Assembly: GCA_963749705.1 (NCBI GenBank)
Contig: CAVVNQ010000007.1
Coordinates: 1 to 64,000 of the forward strand
Reading direction: 5' to 3'
Length of the DNA: 64,000 bases
Source of the DNA: an uncultured Chloroflexia bacterium
GTDB taxonomy: Bacteria; Chloroflexota; Limnocylindria; Limnocylindrales; CSP1-4
Shown: positions 58,412 through 64,000 of the stretch, one piece after another
Layout: every line of letters starts with the position of its first letter
Numbering within the stretch: position 1 is the stretch's first letter
Position numbers and translations under genes: made by a program
Notes under the pieces: model-generated
What the model was told of the DNA's origin: nothing
The model's input: only the letters and a program-made list of their open reading frames with translations
Databases searched by the model: none

Positions 58412-59650
58412 ATGACCACGACCTTCCGCGTGCCCGGCGCGATATTGACCGAGCGCGATCACGTCGTTCCTCTCGACCATGCGCGGCCCGATGGCCCGAC
58501 GATCACGGTGTTCACCCGTGAGGTCGCGGACCCCGACGGCCTGGACCGGCCGTACCTCGTGTTCCTCCAGGGCGGTCCGGGCTACGAGGCCGCCCGGCCG
58601 GTGCTGCCGGCGCCGGCCGGCTCGTGGATGCGACGCGCGCTGGCCGACTACCGGGTGCTGCTGCTCGACCAGCGCGGCACCGGGCGATCGACGCCGGTCG
58701 GCCCGCAGATCCCGGGCGCGACGCCCGAGGCGCAGGCGACGTACCTGACCCGTTTCCGGGCCGACTCGATCGTGCGCGACGCCGAGCTCATCCGGCAGGA
58801 GCTTGGCGTGGATCGCTGGAGCGTGCTGGGCCAGAGCTTCGGCGGGTTCACCAGCCTGGCGTACCTCTCGATCGCGCCCGAGGGCCTGCGCGAGGCGTTC
58901 CTGACCGGTGGCCTGACGCCCGTCGACGGGCGCTCGGTGGACGTCGTCTACCGCGCCACCTACCGACGCCTCATCGAGGCCAACCGGCGCTACTACGAGC
59001 GGTATCCGTCCGACCAGGCTCGCGTCCGCGAGATCCACCGCCGGCTCGAAGGCGAGGACATCCGGCTGCCGTCGGGCGACCGGCTGACCGTGCGCCGGTT
59101 CCGCCAGCTCGGGCTGTGGCTGGGGATGAGCGGCGGGTTCGAGCTGCTGCACCACGTCCTCGAGCTGCCCGTGGACTCGCCGGCCTTCGTGCACGACGTC
59201 GAGACCGCCCACGACTTCGGTCGCAACCCGATCTACGCGACGCTCCACGAGTCGTCGTACGCGGACGGCGTGGCCACCCGCTGGTCGGCTGATCGGCTGC
59301 TGCCCGAGGAGGTCCGCGACGGCGAGATGTTCACCGCCGAGCACATCTTCCCCTGGATGTTCGAGGACTACGGCGAGCTGCGGGCACACCGGGATGCCGC
59401 GCACCGGCTGGCCGAGCACCCCTGGCCGCGGCTCTACGACCAGGATCGCCTGCGCCACAACGAGGTGCCGGTCGCCGCGACGATCTACGCCAACGACCTG
59501 TATGTCGAGCGCGAGTTCGCCGAGGAGACGGCCGCCGTCGTTCGTGGGCTCCGTCCGTGGCTCACCGACGAGTACGAGCACAACGGGCTGCGCGCGGACG
59601 GGGAGCGGGTCCTGGGCCGGCTCATCGACCTCGTCCGGGGTCGTGCCTAG
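58412..59650 (+). CDS. Proline iminopeptidase (alpha/beta hydrolase)
   Basis: FLQGGPG, DQRGTGRS, FRADSIV.D.E, GQSFGG, NDLYV, EHNGL. Confidence 0.88.
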   Translation: MTTTFRVPGAILTERDHVVPLDHARPDGPTITVFTREVADPDGLDRPYLVFLQGGPGYEAARPVLPAPAGSWMRRALADYRVLLLDQRGTGRSTPVGPQIPGATPEAQATYLTRFRADSIVRDAELIRQELGVDRWSVLGQSFGGFTSLAYLSIAPEGLREAFLTGGLTPVDGRSVDVVYRATYRRLIEANRRYYERYPSDQARVREIHRRLEGEDIRLPSGDRLTVRRFRQLGLWLGMSGGFELLHHVLELPVDSPAFVHDVETAHDFGRNPIYATLHESSYADGVATRWSADRLLPEEVRDGEMFTAEHIFPWMFEDYGELRAHRDAAHRLAEHPWPRLYDQDRLRHNEVPVAATIYANDLYVEREFAEETAAVVRGLRPWLTDEYEHNGLRADGERVLGRLIDLVRGRA

Positions 59651-60905
59651 CGTGGACGGTCCCGCGGCAGGCGGCCGCGGAACGGGCGCCGATGTCGCGC
59701 TGCTGTTCCTGACCCGCGCCCTGCGGATGTTCGGGTACGGGTTCCTCGCCGTCGTCCTGGTCCTGTACCTGTCCTCGATCGGGCTGTCGGGCGGCGAGAT
59801 CGGGCTGCTGCTCGGCCTGACCCTGCTTGGCGATGCGGCGGTCTCGCTGTGGCTGACCACCCACGCGGACCGGATCGGCCGGCGGCGGGTGCTCATGGTC
59901 GGCGCGATCCTGATGCTGGTCGCGGGGCTGGTGTTCGTGGCCACGCCCGTGTTCGCGGTGCTGCTGGTCGCCGCGACGATCGGCGTGCTCAGCCCGAGCG
60001 GCAACGAGGTGGGCCCGTTCCTCGCCGTCGAGCAGGCGGCGCTCGCGCAGCTGATCCCCGGCCGGCGCCGGACCGGCGTGTTCGCCTGGTACCAGCTGAC
60101 CGGGTCGTTCGCGACCGCTGCGGGCACGCTCGCGGGCGGTCTCGTGTCCCAGCTCGCGCTCGACCGTGGCGCCGACGCGCCCGATGCGTACCGCCTGGTG
60201 ATCGTGGGCTACGCGCTGGTCGGCGCCGCCCTCGCGCTGCTGTTCACGCGCGTGTCGGCGCGCGTCGAGGTGCCGGCGCAGGCGGTCGCCGACGGCACGA
60301 TCCGCGACCGGCTCGGCCTCCACCGCTCGCGCTCGGTCGTGCTCCGCCTGTCGGCGCTGTTCGCGCTCGACGCGTTCGCCGGCGGGTTCGCGATCCAGAG
60401 CTTCATCGCGTTCTGGTTCCACGATCGATACGGCGTCGACCCGGCCGCGCTCGGCCTCGTCCTCGCGGCGGCCAACCTGCTGGCCGGGTTCTCGGCGCTC
60501 GCGGCGGGCCGGCTCGCCGCCCGGTTCGGGCTGGTGCGCACGATGGTGTTCACGCACCTGCCGTCGAACGTGCTGCTGATGCTCGTCCCGCTGATGCCGA
60601 CGCTGCCCCTGGCCGTCGCGACGCTGCTCGCCCGCTTCGCGATCAGCCAGATGGACGTCCCGACCCGGCAGTCATACACGATGGCGATCGTCGCGCCCGA
60701 CGAGCGCTCGGCTGCGGCCGGGGTGACCGGGATCGCGCGCAGTCTGGGGGTCGCGGCGGCGCCGCTGATCGCGGGTCCGCTGTTCGCGACCGCCTCGCTG
60801 GCCAGCCTGCCGTTCCTCATCGCCGGTGGACTCAAGGTCGGCTACGACCTGCTCCTCTACCGCGCCTTCAGCCGTCTCCGCCCGCCGGAGGAGCTGGAGG
60901 GCTGA
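59643..60905 (+). CDS. MFS transporter
   Basis: ADRIGRRR motif A, SPSGNEVGPF, TMVFTHLPSN, SQMDVPTRQSY; about 12 TM. Confidence 0.9.
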   Translation: MPSVDGPAAGGRGTGADVALLFLTRALRMFGYGFLAVVLVLYLSSIGLSGGEIGLLLGLTLLGDAAVSLWLTTHADRIGRRRVLMVGAILMLVAGLVFVATPVFAVLLVAATIGVLSPSGNEVGPFLAVEQAALAQLIPGRRRTGVFAWYQLTGSFATAAGTLAGGLVSQLALDRGADAPDAYRLVIVGYALVGAALALLFTRVSARVEVPAQAVADGTIRDRLGLHRSRSVVLRLSALFALDAFAGGFAIQSFIAFWFHDRYGVDPAALGLVLAAANLLAGFSALAAGRLAARFGLVRTMVFTHLPSNVLLMLVPLMPTLPLAVATLLARFAISQMDVPTRQSYTMAIVAPDERSAAAGVTGIARSLGVAAAPLIAGPLFATASLASLPFLIAGGLKVGYDLLLYRAFSRLRPPEELEG

Positions 60906-60984
60906 ACCGCTCGCCCGCGGCACGGACACCCCCTCCGGCACGGTCAGAGCGGGTGATCTGGCCGTCGGCGGAAGGTGGCCGGCC

Positions 60985-60999
60985 GTCGACAATGTCGAC
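60985..60999. promoter_or_regulatory. Perfect palindrome GTCGACA-A-TGTCGAC upstream of fused preTA
   Basis: A 15-bp palindrome 55 nt before the ATG. Confidence 0.4.
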
Positions 61000-61054
61000 C
61001 TTGCGTCCACACCGTCGTCGTTGCCCAGACGACCGACCGAGGTCCAGACCGACC

Positions 61055-63652
61055 ATGACCGTCGACGCGTTGACCCAGCACCAGCCAGACCCGTTCCTGC
61101 CGCTGCCGGCGATGACCGCGGACGCGGCCCGGACCGAGGCCGAGCGCTGCCTGTACTGCTACGACGCGCCGTGCACGCGCGCCTGCCCCACGGGCATCGA
61201 CGTGCCCTCGTTCATCCGCAAGATCGCCACCGGCAACATCGAGGGCAGCGCCCGGACCATCCTCGCGGCGAACCCGCTGGGCGCAACGTGCGGCGCGGCG
61301 TGTCCCGTGGAGCGGCTGTGCGAGGGCGCCTGCGTGCGCAACGCCGTCGATCAGCCGATCGCCATCGGGCGGCTCCAGCGCCACGCCGTCGAGGCGTACG
61401 CGGCGTCCGGTGGTGCGTTCATCACGCCCGGCGAGGAGACGGGCCTGCGGGTGGCCATCGTGGGCGCCGGCCCGGCCGGCTTGGCCTGCGCGGCGGAGCT
61501 CCGGCGGGCGGGGATCAGCGTCACCCTGTACGAGGCCGACGAGCGGGCCGGCGGCCTTGGCGACCACGGCATCGTGCCCTGGCGCCTGCCGCGCGAGACC
61601 GTCGCCCTCGACGTGGCCGAGGTGGAGCGCGCCGGTGCCCGGTTCGAGCTGGGCGCGCGGATCGGCCGCGATGTCGATCCCGCCGACCTGCTGGCCACCC
61701 ATGACGCGGTCGTGGTGGCCATCGGGCTGGGGCACGGCATGGAGCTCGGACTGCCCGGCGAGGACAAGGCCGGCGTGATCGACGCGCTGACCCTGATCCG
61801 GCATGCGATCGACGGCGGACCGGGCGAGGCGCCGATCGGCCGCCGGGTGGGCGTGATCGGTGGTGGCAGCACCGCGTTCGACGCCGCCGCCGCTGCGGTC
61901 CGCCTCGGGGCCGAGGAGGTCACCCTGTTCTACCGGCGGAGCATCGCGGAATGCCCCGCGTATCCGCATGCGATCGAGCTCGCCCGACGTCTGGGCGTCA
62001 CGATCCGCTGGCTGACCGCGCCGATCGAGATCCTGGGCGACCAACGGGTGACCGGGGTCGCGTTCGAGTCGATGCGCCTGGGCGCGCTGGACGCCAGCGG
62101 GCGCCCGCGCCCGACGCCGGTGCACGGCTCGTGGTTCGAGGTTCCCCTCGACACGGTGGTGCGCGCCGTCGGCCAGGACGAGCCCGAGGGCGCCGCGAGC
62201 CTCCGGGCCGGCCTTGGACTGCCCGTGCGCCAGGACGGCGTCGTCGCCGACCCGGCGACCGGACGGACCAGCAGCCCCAGGGTCTGGGCCATCGGCGACA
62301 TCACGAGCGGCGGGGCCGAGGTCGTCAATGCCGTCCAGGCCGGCAAGCTCGCGGCGAGGTCGATCGTCGAGGCCCTCGGTGCGGGCGGGCCGCGGATCGT
62401 CCCGGTCAGGCCGACCGACGCGACCGTGCCCGGCGTGGACCTGTTCACGGACATGGCCGGGATCCGGTCGCCCAACCCGTTCTGGCTGGCCAGCTGCCCG
62501 ATCACCAACAACGGCGACATGGTCGCCAGGGCATTCGACGCGGGCTGGGGCGGGGTCGTCTGGAAGACGATCGGCGCCCAGGTCCGCAACGTCACGTCGC
62601 GCCTGGGCTCGCTCGACGTCGACGGCCGGCGCCTGGTCGGGCTGTCGAACATCGAGCTCATCAGCGACCGCCCGACCGAGGACAACCTGACCGAGATCGC
62701 CGACATCAAGCGGCGCTACCCGAACCAGGCGGTGGTCGTGTCGCTGATGGTCGAGTCCAACCGCGAGGCGTGGCACGAGATCGTGCGCAAGGTGAACGAC
62801 ACCGGCGCGGACGGCTTCGAGCTCAACTTCGGCTGCCCGCACGGGATGAGCGAGCGGGGCATGGGCGCGGCCGTGGGGCAGGTCCCCGAGTACGTCCGGA
62901 TGATCACGGAATGGGTGATGGAGACCGCCGAGCTGCCGGTGCTCGTCAAGCTCACGCCCAACGTGACCGACATCCGACCGCCCGCCAGGGCCGCCCGCGC
63001 CGGCGGCGCCGACGGGATCGCGCTGATCAACACCGTCAGCTCGCTGATCGGCGTCAACCTCGATACCTGGGCGCCGGTTCCGGACGTTCGCGGACGCGGC
63101 AGCCACGGCGGGTTCTCGGGGCCGGCCGTCAAGCCGATCGCCCTGCACATGGTGTCTGCCGTGTCGTCCGACCCGGACGTGCGCATCCCGGTCTCCGGCA
63201 TCGGCGGCATCGCCGATTGGCGGGACGCGGTCGAGTTCCTGCTCGTCGGCGCGACCACGGTCCAGGTGGGCACGACGGTCATGCACCTGGGCTACCGGAT
63301 CATCGACGACCTCGTCGACGGCCTGTCGACCTACCTCCGCGCGAAGGGCCTGCACAGCCCGTCCGAGCTCGTCGGGCGCGCGCTGCCCACGCTCGGTGAC
63401 TGGGGTGAGCTCGACCAGACGTTCCGGCTGCTTGCCCACATCGACGAGTCGCGCTGCATCCACTGCAACGCGTGCTACGCCGCGTGCAACGACGGCGCCC
63501 ACCAGGCGATCCGCCTCGACGGGCACAACGGCACGTCGCGGCTGTCCGTGGACGGTGACTACTGCGTCGGCTGCCGGCTGTGCCAGTACGTGTGCCCGGT
63601 CGACGGGTGCATCACGTTCGAGGAGCTCGAGGGGGCGGCCGCACCGCACTGA
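61055..63652 (+). CDS. Fused PreT-PreA NAD(P)-dependent dihydropyrimidine dehydrogenase
   Basis: PreT part: RCLYCYDAPC..ACP, CEGAC, GAGPAG, GGGSTAFD. PreA part: NPFWLAS, NIELISDR, ELNFGCPHG, KLTPN. C-terminal CIHCNAC…CVGCRLC..VCP. One uninterrupted frame. Confidence 0.92.
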   Translation: MTVDALTQHQPDPFLPLPAMTADAARTEAERCLYCYDAPCTRACPTGIDVPSFIRKIATGNIEGSARTILAANPLGATCGAACPVERLCEGACVRNAVDQPIAIGRLQRHAVEAYAASGGAFITPGEETGLRVAIVGAGPAGLACAAELRRAGISVTLYEADERAGGLGDHGIVPWRLPRETVALDVAEVERAGARFELGARIGRDVDPADLLATHDAVVVAIGLGHGMELGLPGEDKAGVIDALTLIRHAIDGGPGEAPIGRRVGVIGGGSTAFDAAAAAVRLGAEEVTLFYRRSIAECPAYPHAIELARRLGVTIRWLTAPIEILGDQRVTGVAFESMRLGALDASGRPRPTPVHGSWFEVPLDTVVRAVGQDEPEGAASLRAGLGLPVRQDGVVADPATGRTSSPRVWAIGDITSGGAEVVNAVQAGKLAARSIVEALGAGGPRIVPVRPTDATVPGVDLFTDMAGIRSPNPFWLASCPITNNGDMVARAFDAGWGGVVWKTIGAQVRNVTSRLGSLDVDGRRLVGLSNIELISDRPTEDNLTEIADIKRRYPNQAVVVSLMVESNREAWHEIVRKVNDTGADGFELNFGCPHGMSERGMGAAVGQVPEYVRMITEWVMETAELPVLVKLTPNVTDIRPPARAARAGGADGIALINTVSSLIGVNLDTWAPVPDVRGRGSHGGFSGPAVKPIALHMVSAVSSDPDVRIPVSGIGGIADWRDAVEFLLVGATTVQVGTTVMHLGYRIIDDLVDGLSTYLRAKGLHSPSELVGRALPTLGDWGELDQTFRLLAHIDESRCIHCNACYAACNDGAHQAIRLDGHNGTSRLSVDGDYCVGCRLCQYVCPVDGCITFEELEGAAAPH

Positions 63653-63751
63653 GACCTGGCCGTACCGGGGGCTCCTCCGGACTCCAGACGGCGACCTGGG
63701 CGAGCGCTGCCGCCAGGCCCGTCGCGGCCGCCGCAGTGGGATACTCCGCCC

Positions 63752-64000
63752 GTGGGCAGCTGCTGCGGCGGAGGCATTCCCTCCTGCGAACACGTCTTTG
63801 ACCAGCGGACGGCGGACGACGACCTGCGCCGGTTTCGCGCAGGCGGTCCGTCGTGGGCGACGAGCGAGCTGATCGACGCGCTGACCGACGGGCTCGACGT
63901 ATCCGGCCTCTCGGTGGTCGACATCGGTGGCGGCGTCGGGGCGGTCCACATCGGGCTGCTCGAGCTCGGTGCCCGGGATGCGGTCGACATCGACGGATCG
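63752..64000 (+). CDS. Class I SAM-dependent methyltransferase, truncated at the window end
   Basis: GTG start MGSCCGG…FDQRTADDDLRRF…VVDIGGGVGAVH motif I. GATACT -10 lies 6 nt upstream. Confidence 0.8.
   Translation, partial: MGSCCGGGIPSCEHVFDQRTADDDLRRFRAGGPSWATSELIDALTDGLDVSGLSVVDIGGGVGAVHIGLLELGARDAVDIDGS

Noticed and set aside
59849-63652. 1267-aa ORF suggesting a giant fusion protein
   Set aside because: The first ~400 aa are an Arg/Pro-rich off-frame translation of the MFS gene. The real protein starts at 61055.

Overview
High-GC, densely coding bacterial DNA. Gene style suggests a soil or freshwater Chloroflexota- or Actinobacteria-like genome, which is an inference only. No rRNA, tRNA, CRISPR array, integrase or transposase was recognised. 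From left to right: (1) an OmpR/BaeS-type two-component pair and a Phd-VapC toxin-antitoxin pair; (2) an uncharacterised ~11 kb catabolic cluster (3502-14652) with a metallo-beta-lactamase-fold hydrolase, SDR, a PEP-utiliser/phospho-His protein lacking an ATP domain, GntR, an HPr-kinase-like P-loop protein, a three-subunit xanthine-dehydrogenase-family Mo enzyme, and a truncated PPDK fused to an Rv1126c-like domain; (3) a small accessory island with an Rhs remnant, a DUF6036-like nucleotidyltransferase plus HTH partner, and RHH-MazF; (4) a ~18 kb amino-sugar/glycoside utilisation region with candidate HutC/DasR-type operators; (5) DUF2975-XRE and a lactonase/FAD-oxidoreductase/KDPG-aldolase/SDR operon; (6) hypFCDE; (7) a reductive pyrimidine catabolism region (NCS1, beta-ureidopropionase, hydA, stand-alone PreA, fused PreT-PreA, mmsA). 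Region 7 is interrupted by a direct-repeat-bounded cassette carrying a lysyl-oxidase-like gene and a secreted protein. Three genes show single-base frameshifts, either assembly errors or pseudogenes. All family assignments come from motif recognition by eye, not database searches.
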